From: Pavona decussata
Taxonomy: Eukaryota
Direction of reading: 5' to 3'
NCBI GenBank assembly: GCA_977016875.1
Contig: CDRNST010000020.1
Location: 3,224,001-3,288,000 of the forward strand
DNA length: 64,000 bases
Shown: positions 36,846 to 51,204 of the stretch, piece after piece
Numbering within the stretch: the stretch's first letter is position 1
Layout: each line of letters begins with the position of its first letter
Made by a program: the position numbers and the translations under genes
Notes under the pieces: model-generated
What the model saw: only the letters and a program-made list of their open reading frames with translations
Database searches by the model: none
What the model was told of the DNA's origin: nothing

Positions 36846-38603
36846 TCAGGCAGCGCACTGGCAACCGACCGGTAATGGAGGACACTTATTGATAAACTTG
36901 ATCTGTCGGTAGCCAATCACTGTTTCACACTTCGGATAATGATATACATTAATGGCATCATAACACGAAATGTGTCTGTTTAAACATTGTACATGGCTAA
37001 CAAACTTTTGTCTGCACTTATCGAACTTTCTCACAATATGCGAAAAGCATGGACTACTGACATCCCTGACAGTGCGATTGTGCGCAGATGGCTTGTCAAG
37101 ATATGCGTCCATACCACTTGTCACATCATTCTCTTGGTTGATGCTCTTCTCTGGTTGGAAAGCATCACCTTGTGGCTGGGTCTCTTGGTCCATACCACTT
37201 GTGACGTCATTCTCTTGGTTGATGCTCTTTTCTGGCTGGAAAGCATCACCTTGTGGCTGAGTGTTTTGGTCCATACCACTTGTTACATTATTCTCTTTGT
37301 TGATGCCCTCGTCTGATTTAAAAGCATCGTCTTCAAGCTTGGGCCCTAGGTTCATGCCACTTGTGACATCATCCCATTGGTTGATGCTCTCCTCTGGTTG
37401 GAAGGCATTGCCTTGTGGCTGGGTCTCCTGTCCAGGTGCCTGTTGATTGAAGATCTGATCCAGGGGTAATGACATATCCAGGAAAAGAGGTTTTGTGAAG
37501 CTCATACTGCAGCAGCTCAAGATGACAATTATTGACACAATTATCTGTTTGAAACAAAACGAAAATTAGTTGAAACTAATACAAGAAATCATTCTTTTTG
37601 TCATTTCTAACGCTTTTATAGAACAAAACATTACAACGCTTTAAAGTAATATACAAATAGATAAACCTTATAGTACTTTAGAATAATTTCCAACGATGCA
37701 GAACTTTTATTGAAATGTGGCATAGGTTGCTTTCAAATGTATTTGTTTTAATTTTTCATTTAAATGTTCCTTTTAGCATGGTTTTAGGATTCTTTGAACA
37801 TATCTTACATGCATTTATTAGTGATGATGTTTTGAACATGACAAAGCAGGTTGCAGTCTATGTTCTTCAACGGGGATCAGCGGAGATTTCTCATGGATGA
37901 AACTAAAATTGTTCACTGGGAGGATTCACAATCCAATCATTTAATAATTTTTAACCATTCCAAGTGCTTATAGATTGAAGTTTTCGTAGTACATTCCATA
38001 AAATGATGTTAAAGTGTAGAATAACTTTACAGCAAAAGGGGTATTGACCAACTTTCTTTCTTGATCATGCAGTTCTAAATTGGTTTTCTGCCTGTCACTC
38101 CAATTCATGCACATATTCCGACATGCCATCAGCCAGGTTATGTGCCTCCTATGTGTGAAGATGTTAAGTCTCGTTTATTTCTAGTAGCTGTCGGTGACAA
38201 CCTTTTACTTTATTTTTATATGTTTTCTTTCAAACTGATATTAACCACATCTGGCCGAAAATAATCTGAATTCTCTTTAAGTTTCAAAACTTAAATTTGC
38301 AATAAAACTGACCCAACAAACTGCATGATTTTGTTATAAACTGTACTTGAGGTTAGATGGAAGTGAGGCAAGTTAAAAAATTAAGTAAGATAAGACAAGG
38401 GAACTCCATTTTTACAAAATCCTGGTCAAGGAAATTTATACCTCGCATAATGACATTGAAAATGCTGATAAAGAGTAACTTATACATGGGTACTGCCCGC
38501 ACAACTTACATTCTACGGATCGAAGGTAGAAATTTTCAAGGTGCGGTGCAAATGCTTGACATATACATTTGTGTATTTTACTTACTTTCTCTGTAGTACT
38601 CAT
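36846..38603 (-). CDS. Secreted 8-Cys prepropeptide with repeat propeptide, paralog D2 (238 aa; join complement 38586..38603,36846..37544)
   Basis: Exon 1 MSTTEK|GTAAGT; acceptor aaacag|ATA; 4 x 27-aa repeats (37107-37430); SAHNRTVR. TATAAA at 38706-38701. Confidence 0.88.
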
Positions 38604-41600
38604 CCTGTAAATGATCTTGTCTGCCTGAAGTTTTCCTCTCTGAATAATTTCGCTGTGATAATCGCTGTGATAGTCAAACAAAAAATGGAAAACAATTCAC
38701 TTTATACTTAATTATCTTTGTTTCATAGTAGTTCTTCCATATGATTGTCCTTCATTAGATTAGCACAAGGGAGAGTTTGCTAGAAAGGGAAATGCTTCTT
38801 AAACCCATGTAGTTAGAAGCAAATAATAAGTTAACATTGACAATAACGTGTTATTTTTTTAGGAGTAATGTCTGAAAAGTAAATTGTATTGAAACTTTCG
38901 TTACTAACTTTTGTTGTTGCACTGTTTCTTTCTGCAACTTAACAGTCTTTCCCTTTGGAGGGTTAGTGGTTTTGAACAGCTAAAAATTGTGCTGGATTGT
39001 CATCGTAGACAGTTCTTAACACAGTGTTAGTTTAGTTCTGTCCTTCTAGCAAGTGCATTCCGGATTTTCTTTTATTACTAATACCAGTACTTGGCTAACC
39101 AAATTTTCAAAGGGCTCTGCTTCGAACATTTCGTGTGATAAAGCAACTGCTACTGAAGTAGTGAGTTCTGACTGAACGCATTGCCCTTAACAAAATACGC
39201 TCTGTTTGACATTAGTTGTAGGATATTTGAGAGAATTCTCTTCTTCTAGCTAACTTCAAACATGTTATGATGGTTTTGCTTACCTTCGAAGTCAACTTTC
39301 TTACTTCACCTCGAAGAAATGAACTCGTTATAGCCCTCAGTCAGCTTCACCGAGATTTTTATACTTTTTTCTTCTAATTAATTCCAAAATCTACAAGGAA
39401 ATTCTTTGCAGCCAGATAAAACGTGTTTTAGCAAACTCCACCTACATGAAAGGAAGTTTAATCATTTCTGTCCTATTTTTAACTTGATTAGTTCACTGAA
39501 AAATGTGCGGCTTTGGTGAGATACACACGGCTTAATAACCTGTGTGAACATCAAGTTTCATGACATCATTGGAAAAGTTAACTGAAAAAGCTTATATCTA
39601 TTTCATATTTTTAAACGGTAACATTATGAGACGTGGAGCCTTTTCCTGGTGTCATCAGCCTAGAAAATCTTCAACATTTTTGTTTTTTTATTAGCAAAGA
39701 AATTTGACTGGCTTTGAAATCGCAGTTTTCAAATGAACCTAGAGTCAAACCGAAAACGTACGTTGAATCGCGAGCAAGTTTAAGAGAAAATCCATGGTCA
39801 TGACATTGTGACTTATTAAAAAACTATTTCTTGTTAGTTTGGATGAAATAAAAAAAGAAATTAGGTTTATGTTAATTTTTTTTTTTATAAATTTGCCACT
39901 GCGTTTTTTGAAGGCTTCTATAGTAATGCCATAATAAAACGCCATTACGGGAAGTTTTTTTCGTTTTTTGTTATTTTTTTCAAACATCTTTAATTCTATA
40001 TCGTCTTCCTCTGTTATTTTGGTTGTGGTGCTATAAAAAGGTACTGTGGGCGAGACATGCTGTTCAAATAAACTAGAACCACAATCTTCGCTTTAGCACA
40101 CTACTGCACTGGTGCGCATCCGCGTATTTAAAGTACCCTTCCATGTGGTATAACGAGGGTTTTCATAACTCAAACGGTGGCGCACTCTAATTTAGGACTA
40201 AGGAAGGCAAGAATTCGTTTTATCGATAGTTAACCCTTAAATATTGTTGTCGTTATGAAGGAAAGTTACTGATGAAAAATAACCACTTTTAAACTGTTGA
40301 TCAGTTAAATACTCTCAGTCGACGTGATAATGTTTACTGTTTTCAGACAATTCAACGTTTAAAAACATCTCCAAAGCTTTGGTTTGTAGATGAAACTTAA
40401 AATTCTCTTACTTTAATTGCACTTCCATTTGGCAATAATCAAAATGGCTGCTCTACAAATGCAAAGTTAACTATAAGCTAATGTATAGTTCCGGTAATAA
40501 GTTTCTTTGGAGTGTGGTTTGAGTATTGACGCAATAGCCGAGTAAAAGTAGGAATTATGACGTACGTTATTCGCAGATAGCTGCTGGCATAGATGACCTT
40601 CAAGATTTGAATTATTAACCTTATTCTAAAGTCATGGATAGTCATGGATTATTTACTGTTGGATAGTTTCTTTGTTCAGTTGAACTATTTGTCAAAGTTA
40701 TAATTGATCTGCAATTTTGATAATCTTGTTGGGTAGCATCAAAAGGACGTCTTCGAATAAAATTAGTTTCAATGGTATAAAAAGGAAATTAGGTTTATAT
40801 CAATTTCTTATGCATTTTCTTTCTTTTGCTGAAACCTCTTTTTATCCTTAGCTAGCTCTCACGAGTCTCCTGTAGCTCAGTGGTAGAGCATTCGAACTAG
40901 TATTAAAGTAATCGGAAGTTGTTAGGTTCGACTACTGATAAGATCACTCGGATTTCCTCAGTTCTAAAGTATGTCAGTGTCACTCACTGAATGATACATC
41001 ATTGTTATCTTTCTATCTTCTTCCTCTGTTTGTGAGGTAACGATGCTATGAAAAGGTTGTTTGGACGAAAATTTAAACGGCCCACAGTTCAAACAAACTG
41101 GAGTCAAGCCTTTAGCTGCTGCACACTACTGCACTAGTGCACATGCGCGTGTTTAATACCCCCTTTCGTGTGGAATGACAAGGTTGTTGCTCCTTCAGAC
41201 TGCATGTGGTTCACTCTAATTTGGGACTAATGAGGGAAGAAATACATTTTCCTAAATTGTAAACTCTCAACTATTGCTGTTCATGAAGGAACGTTAAGGA
41301 TGGAAAATAACACTTTATAATGCCGTTAATTACTCTCCGCCGTAATAATGTTTGCTCTTTTGAAATTTGTCAAAGTTGAAAAACATCTATACACCTTTTT
41401 ATTTGTAGTTAAAACCTAAAATTCCGGTCCTTTACATTTCACTTCTAGCTATAGTTTGCAATAAAATGGCTGATTTACAAACAACAAACTTAATAATGTA
41501 GATTTCCGGTAAGGTGGACTTTATTTTCTCCAAAAATATGATTTGGTTTGAGTATTGACGCAATAGCCGAGTAAAAATAGGAATTATGACGTCATGCCCA

Positions 41601-44600
41601 GATAACTGCTGCAATTGATGATCTTCAAAACCTATCCTTATACCATTCATGTTATTATAAGGAGTTAAATGTGGATAATAGCCTTTATTCGCTCTATATG
41701 CTAATTGCCCATTACAAACCACGTGATAGTCGATCCTTTTTCTTTTTGGAAGTAAAAAATTCATGCCAGCGTGAATATGACCAATTCGAAAAGAAACTAC
41801 TCCCTAGATTACCGTCACGTGATCTGCAATGGGGCAACAAAACAACGAAGCGATTTAGGTCTATAAAAGTTTCAAAGTCATGTGCAGAGATAACTGCGTG
41901 GAAATAATTTATTAAGTTTGTCATGGAACCTTTATTTACGTTGTGTCGTGTACTTTCTTTGTTCAATTTACCTATTTTTAAACGTTGTAATTGATCTGAA
42001 AAGTTTGGATATTCATGTTTGCTAGCATAAAAGGAACGTATTCTAACAAACATTAGAAAAATAATTTATCGAATAAATTATTTGACAAAATAGACTAACG
42101 AAGCTCTTGAAGCAGAGGTTCTTTTCATCTTTGCTCAACAAAATAAACTGGTTGTCTTTTTCGCCGTGCGCGTAGAGGACCGCTTTTAATTCCGTGATAA
42201 GCCGGTAAAGACATCCCTGAAAAAGGAAAGTTCGGAAAATAACTCCTCTGTGAATGCCTCAAAGTTCTTTATCCTGTGGATCATGTTACCAACCATTTTC
42301 TCTATTGTGTGGGTGAATTGCAATGTCTACAAACAGGTTGGAAAAACAAACACGCGGGCATGTGTTCGCATTGTGAGTCAGTAAAAACCAACACTTCCTT
42401 TCTTCTTTTATATAGGAACACAAGTTAATTAGGGAAGACGAAAGTGGAAATTCTTCCATAAACCAGACACGAATGCCACACTATTCTCAGTTACCACTTT
42501 GCTTCTTAGAATGTGAGCAAACCAAATTTTGAATAAAGCCATAAATTGTAGTGTCAAGGCATTGCTGAAAAAATTGCCCACTGTTTTTCTATTTTCAATC
42601 CATTTCCATCTTAGCCAGCCCCATCAAAAGAGAATTTTAAAGTACTAGTTTATGTGCACTGGTAGAACATCACTTTGACGTTTCCATTGACGAGCGGATT
42701 ATTATATTGACCCTCTAAACTTCTGTTCATCTCGGCTGAGTCTTACATAGAACACGCTTAGTTTAACTAAAAGGATTCTCCTGAAATTTCCGATATCAGG
42801 GGTGCTTGCCATTTACGCAAACCACCCGGATGGAAATTTTCGGCATAAATATGAAATGATTTAGCTTGTCTTAAAAGAAGATGGATAACATGCAAAATTT
42901 ATGAACATCAGCTGTAAATCCCGAAAGGAGTAATAAAAATGGATCACTTCGAACCGAAGCTCAAGTTTTCAGAAGTACTACAATTAATGGTGTGATGTGT
43001 ACCATTTGATTTTCAAACTGAAATGGTAAGCACCCCTAGTTTTCAAATTGAACTAAGTAATTTCTTGTTACATAGTCCGTCTCCATATCAAAAAATATAA
43101 AAAAAAAATAAAATAAAAATAAATTAAGGGACAATCAGTTAGTTTTCATGATTATATAGAATCATGAATGTTCCAGATGTTGTCTAAAGAAAATGAAAAT
43201 TGCAGAAAGTGCATACGAAAATTTTATTCTCTCAGAAAGAAATTGTGAACATCCATCAGCAGAAGTCTTTCTAAACCTGACAAAAGACCTTTCACGTCCC
43301 TTTCTGAGTTTCGAACTGTTCCTGACGTCATTCTAGCTTTAATTCTCATGCGTACAAGACTTCATATGACGTCATGATTGAGATGCGAACATTTTGCTCT
43401 ATGGGGGATATTAAGGGCTTAAATATTTTATCGGAACCAGCAAAAGAACACAAGGGAGTGCCCCCTCCCCTCCCCCCCTCCTGTCTTGTACCATGGTGAG
43501 GTTGAGACTTTGCTTATACGTCCGTAGGTTGGAGTAAATATCATTGTTTCCTTGACTACGTAAGTTGGACTTCTAAATAGTGGGCTTTTGTCTGATTTAA
43601 ACAATACCCAGGGGATAAAATAAGGCATGATTCAAACAAGAAAATAGGCAGCCTCGCTTCCAGGATCTTTCATCCCTCCACCTCTCTAGAAGTCCCAGGG
43701 AACGAGGTTGGAGAATAAGTTGTATTTGTTCAGTCAGCTTCATAGGAGTGAAGTTCTTTTTTACCCCGTTTTTATTCTCATCACTTTAGGGGCTGTTTAC
43801 ATTAAATCAGTATGACTTACAAACTGACTTTTCGATCTCAACACGGTTTTTTCTTGTCACTCTGTATTCGTCTCAGTATGAAACTGGGACAAATCCTCCT
43901 GTCGGTGTCAGTCATAGAGCTATCGGAATATCCAGACACATCGAAACAATAAAAGCATTCGGCCTACGGCTTCGTGCTTTCGTCTTTTTCTCGGTGTTTG
44001 GATACCCCGATGAAGCACGATCGAAGCACGAGTTTTTGATGTATTACCTTAAGGCCGATTTAGACGGTACGACTTTTGCTTACGACTGCCGCATGCGATT
44101 TCTAGAGCGCGCGCTGCTCGCGTCATGCAAAACATCGCACACAACTCTCGTCATTCAATATTGCCTATACTTACGACTGTCGTAGGATTTTAAAACATGT
44201 TTTAAAATCCTGCGACAGTGGTAAGCGAGTCGCAGGTTTGATTTACAGAAACAATACGTATCTTAGGACTGTCGTAAGCTTCTTGCATGCGCGACAAAGT
44301 CGTACCGTGTAAATCGCCCTTTAGAGAACGAGATTACGCTTTGTGCGTATAAAGTACCAATTCTTCACGTAACTATGTAACAATCCAATCAAGAAATTAA
44401 TAATATTCTATATTAGATCAACTTTGGATGAGATAATGTTTTCTCTTTTCTAGAAATAATGTTCATAACTTCCGTTGAAAATTGTGTCGATGTGGTCTTA
44501 AAACAGCACCTGGAGTCCAGCCAGAGAATTCGTCTTGTAGAATTTTGGTATTAATTATGAAGAAAATGGAGGAATTAATACTTAGCAAAAAGAAACCTTT

Positions 44601-45523
44601 TTCATCTGAAAGCCAGAAAAGCTTTTAGCCTCCAAGGTGAACTAAGCAACTGGGTATAAAATTTCTTTGACTTAAATTTATGTTGTCATCTAATAAATTT
44701 ATGCGTTATTTGCATTGTTGCAACTCATTAATTTTATGCCTCATTCACGGTCTGGTTGTCCTTAAGTTTTGAGAGAAATACCTTCTACCGATCATTAAAA
44801 GTGTTTGTGATTTTAAAGAACATGGTGATTATTTCAAATCAGGTGTGAGAGTAAATTAAAAATTTCAAATTGCATGACAATGAATTGGCTTGACTATCAT
44901 TCCATAATTATTTTGGGTTACAAACGAGGTCTCGAAAGTCATTTAGAAAGTAAGAGACTGAATACTGTAAAATATGTTCGTATCTCATTAAAAGCGAACC
45001 CCTTGAAAACAAACAAATGCAAACTTATTAAAAGAACAAAAAGTACGCACAACTTCGAGATCAATTAATTTAAAATATTCGCCTTTTCTGCCCCTGCTTA
45101 AAAAAACATTGTTAACCTCGTTTTTTTATTAGAAAATGGACTTAAATTTAAATATATGGTTAATATTCTTCGCCTTTAAAACTTACTGTTGTAACATACT
45201 TATGCCTTTTTTTTAGCTGAAAATGGTTTTTGACAAAGCCGGAACATGTTTTGTTCACTCAGACAGAATCGTAGTTTCCTTAAAGGAAACTTGACATTTC
45301 CATTTCTATCTGCTGCCTGTGCCTCTGATAGTCTTAAACATTGACAGTACAGAACTATTTGAGAGTTATTAAGGCACGCTTATAAAATGCACGGCAGGAA
45401 GTTCAGAAGTGTTATATTAGCAAGAGAATTTGCTCTTCATCTTCATTGACTAACTCAGTCTACCGAGTAGCCAAAGTAAATCATCACTGAGGACGAAATT
45501 TGCAGAAACGTGAATATTTTAAA

Positions 45524-47434
45524 ATGAACTTTACAGCACAAGTGAGTACTGGTTCTTTCCTATTTTGATTTAAGTTAATTTGTTTTAGCAACTTCTCTAT
45601 TAATTTCAACCGTAATGTTTATGATACGCCCGCCAGCACTACACTTAGTTAACAGCAATTAAAGAAAAGCTATATCGATATTGTGGAACTAGTAAACAAA
45701 GGTCAAAACTACATACTTAAGGTGGCCGAACACAGTTTGCGCGCGCTTTACAGATTCTGTTAGTGATGCTATTAAGCGCGCGCTAGGGTTGTGGTAAGCA
45801 AATACTATCGACCACTCGATTTTATACCAAAAGGTAAGTTTTGCTCTTAAAATAACTTAGTTTCTCGTTTGTGAATCCTTCTTCATTTATCGTCGAACAA
45901 AGAAATTGAGTTCACAATGAGCTAAGCCTTTTTGTACGCCTTTCATCTTTCTGAGAAACCCTAATTAAAAGCCACGCATGCGCATTTGAACAAAAAATTG
46001 TGACTGGTTATTTTAATGGAAATGAACTGTTTTCTAAGGAACCGCTCGTTAGAATTTCGTGAAATTTGACAAAACAGTAGTTTTCTAAAAGCGTAACTTG
46101 CCTACAAACCAAAAACAAAATCTAACAGAGGGTATCTTCAAAAAACATTAAAGTGCAAAACCAACATTTACAGGAGATCTGTCTGTTAAAATTACATGAA
46201 AGCAGCGTCACTATGTCAGTATTTTGTGGGTTTTTCTGGATACAAAATATGGAAAAAATCTAACGAGTGCATTTTCTAAAAATTAAGAAAAACCATTATT
46301 TGTGGACCGTTAATAGCTTGCTGCGTTGCCATGGCAACGGCACATTGTTCAACAACAAGTATCAAAATTTATTCCGTCTTAGTTAATCTTGCACCATGCT
46401 AATTTCGGGTACTCAGAAGTACGTAGTTTTCAAAGAATGTTTACTAACACCGGTGTAATGGAAAAACTGTGTTCGGCCACCTTAATGGCATGTTTTGTGG
46501 TTATATCTCTGCTTGGTTCTGGAGTATTTCGATATCATAAAACTATGAAAAGTCACTTCTCAGATGAGTATTTTAGAAAAAAAAACCTTTTGGCGATAGA
46601 AAGATTAATTAATCATGCAGGTGGACTGATAGTTAAGAAGCTGAGAAACTGAAAAATGAACATTTGGGATCCTTTATTCCTGAATCTTTACTAGTCTAAC
46701 CTCTAACAATTTCTTCCAACTTACGTACTTAAGCCATTGTAAAATAAAGTAATAGTTTATTGGGAATTAATAAAACAAGGTCTTTTTATTACAGGCTGGT
46801 GGGACCTCCTCACCACAAATAATGCTACCAGTTTAGTCAGTCTCAGTTTGGCAATATAACAATCTCTACTTTTAAACTATCTGATAAATTCATTTACTCG
46901 GCATTGCATCTGTGACAATATTGATAATATACTTTCATAGCTCTCTCGGTGGTAAATACAAACAAAAAACTAAAATAAAAAACTGAGCACTTTTGTTTCT
47001 TGCAGACAATTTTGTACATAGCTCTCATTTTTACCTGCACAAGCCCAAGCTGTACCAATTGTCTTCCCCTGGAGGAAAAGGACTCCAATCAGCAGTCACG
47101 TGACCAACAGACCCACATTAAAGACGATGCCTTCCAACCAGAGAACATAAAACAAGAGAATGAAGTCACAAGTAGTGTGAAAGGATTTCTCGACGCACCA
47201 TCTGCGCACAATCGCACTACCAGAGATGTGAATCCCCACTGTGTTGAAAAAATTGTTAGAGAATGGGATTCTTGTAGAAAGCGTTACGTTGACAAGTTCT
47301 TTTGTTTCCCTTCACACAAGTCCTGTAGTCTAGTGATAGCTCCACCCAAATGTAGACCAAAGTATGGCTTTCCTCACGCAGATTCCGACAAAACATGTCC
47401 AATGCTTCCTATAAACTGTGAGTGTGCTTTGTGA
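45524..47434 (+). CDS. Secreted 8-Cys prepropeptide, paralog A3 (148 aa; join 45524..45541,47006..47434)
   Basis: Exon 1 MNFTAQ|GTGAGT; intron enlarged by a transposon; mature domain identical to A1/A2. TATA variant TATATTA at ~45413. Confidence 0.88.
45721..46481. mobile_element. Kolobok-type non-autonomous DNA transposon in the A3 intron
   Basis: Perfect 18-bp TIR GGTGGCCGAACACAGTTT with TTAA TSD (45717-45720, 46482-46485). Single TTAA at the empty sites in A1 (~3807) and A2 (~25129). Confidence 0.9.
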
Positions 47435-48489
47435 CTCTGGTTTTGTTTTTTAAACTCAAACAGATGTAGACTCGGACCAGTCATTGTAATTCAATTAAGT
47501 GCTAACGGAGAGAAGTTAACCTCTCTCCATATTAGTGTTTTTCCAAGAATAATACTTTGTTAAAGATTAAAGCCGGCAGCTTAAGGAGAAAAAATAAAGT
47601 GTTTTGAATTGAGGACTTACGATGCGACGTATTTATTATGCATTTTAACTTGGTTTGGCTTTTTTCTGACGTTTTGAGCTTTCTTTTCCACTGTTATTCA
47701 AATCAATACCATGCTTACCCTCCTTCCCAATCCTCCTTGACTCTCGGCCGAACGTTGGGTCACCCGTTGAAAGATCGGGAAGATGCGCCCAAGGACGAAG
47801 CGTGCCGCACTTACAATCAAAGGTCACGTTCCGACCTGATAATTAATACTGATTATTTCCCGTTCTATCGTAAGTTGGCTTGGACTGTCCGTGTGATTTT
47901 GCTATCGTTTCCAGTACTTTGATTTCATTTCCGGCTACCCTTTGGGTTCACTGTCTTTAGGGGGTGACAAAGGAAATCCTTGCAGATGGAGTGCCCCGCA
48001 TAGAAACTCAAAAGAGTACCCCAGAGACCATTACAGAACAGTTTCTCAACCAATATTAAATTTATCACACGGGCGCTTCATCAACATGCGTATATTTAAC
48101 AATTATCAATTTATATACGTGAAATCGCCAGAAGTCATAGCGTTATTTCTGTTGAGTACTGTGTTGTGTGCGTCTACTGTGTGCGCTCTTTTTTTTTTTT
48201 TTTTGGATTGTGTACATTTTATATTTTCACAAAATTTTGTTATATCTTTTGTTAGGAATTTAGTTTACCTTAATGTACTGTCTAATTATACGTTTATTAT
48301 TTTGCAATATCGAGCAACATTTACGAATCTCCTTAACATTTAAACTGAGTATCCGTTTTTCCTTATTTTCTTTCACGTCTGCAGTCCGGCAGCTGTGCGT
48401 CAAAATAGATCTAAATGGCTGATGCTTTGGTAAAGGGCATATGCAATTAAGAAAAGAAAATAGAAAAAACGTTAAACAATTTTCACTTG

Positions 48490-49665
48490 GTGCTGGAAGC
48501 GCCAAGCAGATATCATCTAGTTTACAAGAAACCCATTCCACGGTTCAAACACGACACCCAATGGAAAACTGGTTTTAGACCAAATGATCAGTACACTTTC
48601 TACGAGGCTCAATTAGAAACTATAAGCTACGCAACCACACCATACCACTCAAGCTGTTTGACAGCGCCAACAGCATCAACGCAGGCCATAGGAGTATGAA
48701 GCACGCAGAAAGAACGAATGAAAGCGAGAACAGAGGTGAGCCACAAAGGCTGGAGCAACATTAAACGGTCACATGCTTATGAAGAACCCTCAGGAAAAGA
48801 AGGCCGATAGTCAAGTGGGACGATCGTTTCAGTGGACGGACAACGATCATACACTGTGGAAGACGACGCAACCGGAACACACTATTCCAGAAACCGGGTC
48901 CATATCAAGCCAATTCCCGGAGATGCCTCCACTCCACCTACTGCGAAAGTTTCTTCCGAAAGACTGAAGGAGGTGCATCAGTGCCATCGGATATGCCAAG
49001 CATCAAGGCTACGGCTAGCTTGCCAAAACCGGAGCCAGAGATACCCATAAAGCAGAAAGTGGACAATCAATCAGGCAGCATTAAAGCATCTTGACCAAGG
49101 CGTATCATCAAGGCACCAGTGAAATACAGATACGACTAAAACCTCGGAAATGACATTCGCACAAAAATGACTTATGAAGGATGTGACGAAAACAAAATAG
49201 GCAGAGACGAAGACATTTCTAGTTCGAAATAATGCTTCGTATCAATCCTTAGTAATCACTACTTTATGTTTAGCCATTAGTTTTTGTTTTGTTATGGTTG
49301 TGGATTTTCCATCCCTAGTTGTGTCTACAATTAGGCACCAACAATTTCTGTTGTTTCTTCTTTTTTTCTTGAAACAAGGGGGATGACGTGGCTTTGTGTT
49401 TATTATATAATATTGTTACATAAGCTATGTGTTAGGGCGATGCTTTGTGCATCCTGGTGTCCTGCTTGCGAAGTAGCATGTGTTTTCGGAAGCTGGCAAT
49501 GCAAGTTGGTCTCTCATGAACACAGGACTTGAGTCTACTTCAAAACCTTTGACCGCAACAAACTACACGCACCCCCGACATCTATCGGTAATTCCCGTGC
49601 CGGCCTATCCCCGAATGGCATGGTGCTACGTAGTGTCTTTAAGCTTACAAACTAGCACCGTGACA
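48490..49665 (+). mobile_element. Ty3/Gypsy LTR retrotransposon relic (integrase C-terminus, PPT, 3' LTR)
   Basis: 'RSYTVEDDATGTHYSRNRVHIKP' (48832 ORF) matches the Gypsy integrase C-terminal RSYxV...GxxYRRNRxHL motif. Polypurine tract aaacaaggggga precedes TG at 49384; the putative LTR ends ccgtgaCA at 49665. Confidence 0.75.
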
Positions 49666-49808
49666 TGACTAATGCAAAGGCGTTGCAGGAAAACTAACTT
49701 ATCACTACAGAATTAACCTGTCTTCGACATTCTTTCAGTGTTCTTTAACTAACCTAGTATACAGGGAATAAATGTGATGGTATATTTTAAGCCTGGTGAG
49801 AGAATGAG

Positions 49809-49962
49809 AATGATGTGTTATTAAATGTGACACAGGCATAATCGGAAAAAATTCCGAGTGCTCCTATCAGGAGTCGAACCTAAGATCTTATGTTCGACTC
49901 CTGATTGGAGCGCTCGGATTTTTTTCCGATTATGCCTGTGTCACTTTGAATAACACGTCATT
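49809..49962. repeat. Palindrome formed by two inverted tRNA-SINE halves
   Basis: ~77-bp arms centred on taagatctta (49881-49890), each carrying the B-box gttcgactcc. Confidence 0.85.
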
Positions 49963-50198
49963 CCCAATAATTAAATAGTTTGAGGAAAATAAATTCGCGC
50001 TCGATAATCATGTTTATTTTTACACTTTCTTTATAATTAAAACAGCCTGTCTTTACTCAATTCGGAAGAGAATATCTTATCTGCCATTTACAGTGATGAG
50101 ACAATGCAGCCGTTACATTTTTGCCCACTGATCAGAATTAACTTAACATAAATACAGATGACTTGAACACAGTTTTCTCTTTAGATAAAAATGTATAT

Positions 50199-51204
50199 TT
50201 AGGCAGCACATTGACAATCTATCGGTATAGCAGTACAATTTTTGCTGTACTTTGCATGTCGGAAACCGTACACTGTCTGGCACAGTGTTTTGCCGTATTT
50301 GGGAATCGCTTGAAGGCAAGCCTTATGTTCACTTAAACACAGATCTTTACTAACAGGCATTCCCCGGCACTCATCCCACTCCAATTTAATATTGGGCCTA
50401 AAGCACGGGATCGCAGCGTCTCTGATAGCGCGATTATGTGCAGATGGCTTGTCTAGAAATCCAACCAAGCCTCTGGTGACATCACTTTCTTGGTTTCTGT
50501 TCTCCTCTTGTTGAAAAGTAGCAGTCTCTTGCTCACGTGACTGCTGTATGAAGGCCTGGTTGCGAAGTAATGGACTCTCCAGGGTGAAAGGTTTGGCAAT
50601 ACTCAGGCTTGAACAATTCAAGACGACAATTGCATATAAAATTACCTGTTGAGACATTAATGTTATATTAAAAAAGTTAAATAACTAGCTAAATAGTAAT
50701 GATCATTTTTTAACTTCAATTAATCTCCTGTTTCTTTCCAACACTCTATCTTCATGCGAAGTTTGTGACATCGTGATAAGAAAATGAATCGAGAGGGCAA
50801 CAGAAATCAGTTTAGACGTTTTTAAGACAAACATTACAGTACTGAATCATGATTCTCGTTAAGCTGAACTGAAATAAGTTCTATAGCAGTTAAGCGTTAA
50901 TTATATTGCTGACACGATTAAGTGAGTCAATACTTTTTCTTAAAGTTTTAAAAAACTCGTTAATTTCTAACTAACAACATATACAGAATAGAAGATTTAC
51001 TTCTAACTTCCTCAACATTGCATTCTAAGTTTGCCGTAGGCAATGTAAGCAGATAGGTTAATATATAACCTAAATCAAATGAAACTAGTTAGGATAATTA
51101 TATAGTTTACGAATCTTGTATGAAATAAGAAAGAACAAACCATTATATTGCCGTGTATTGTTGAAATACTGTTACAGACCACTCACTTGTGCTTTAAAGT
51201 TCAT
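50199..51204 (-). CDS. Secreted 8-Cys prepropeptide, paralog E (154 aa; join complement 51187..51204,50199..50645)
   Basis: Exon 1 MNFKAQ|GTGAGT; intact acceptor caacag|GTA; SAHNRAIR; ends CQCAA. TATATAA at 51301-51295. Intact counterpart of pseudogenes C1/C2. Confidence 0.9.

Larger units (their letters stand above)
27154..48630. repeat. Tandem segmental duplication, full unit 2 (B2-C2-D2-A3)
   Basis: Collinear with 5972-27153; runs into unique sequence (Gypsy relic) after 48630. Confidence 0.9.
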
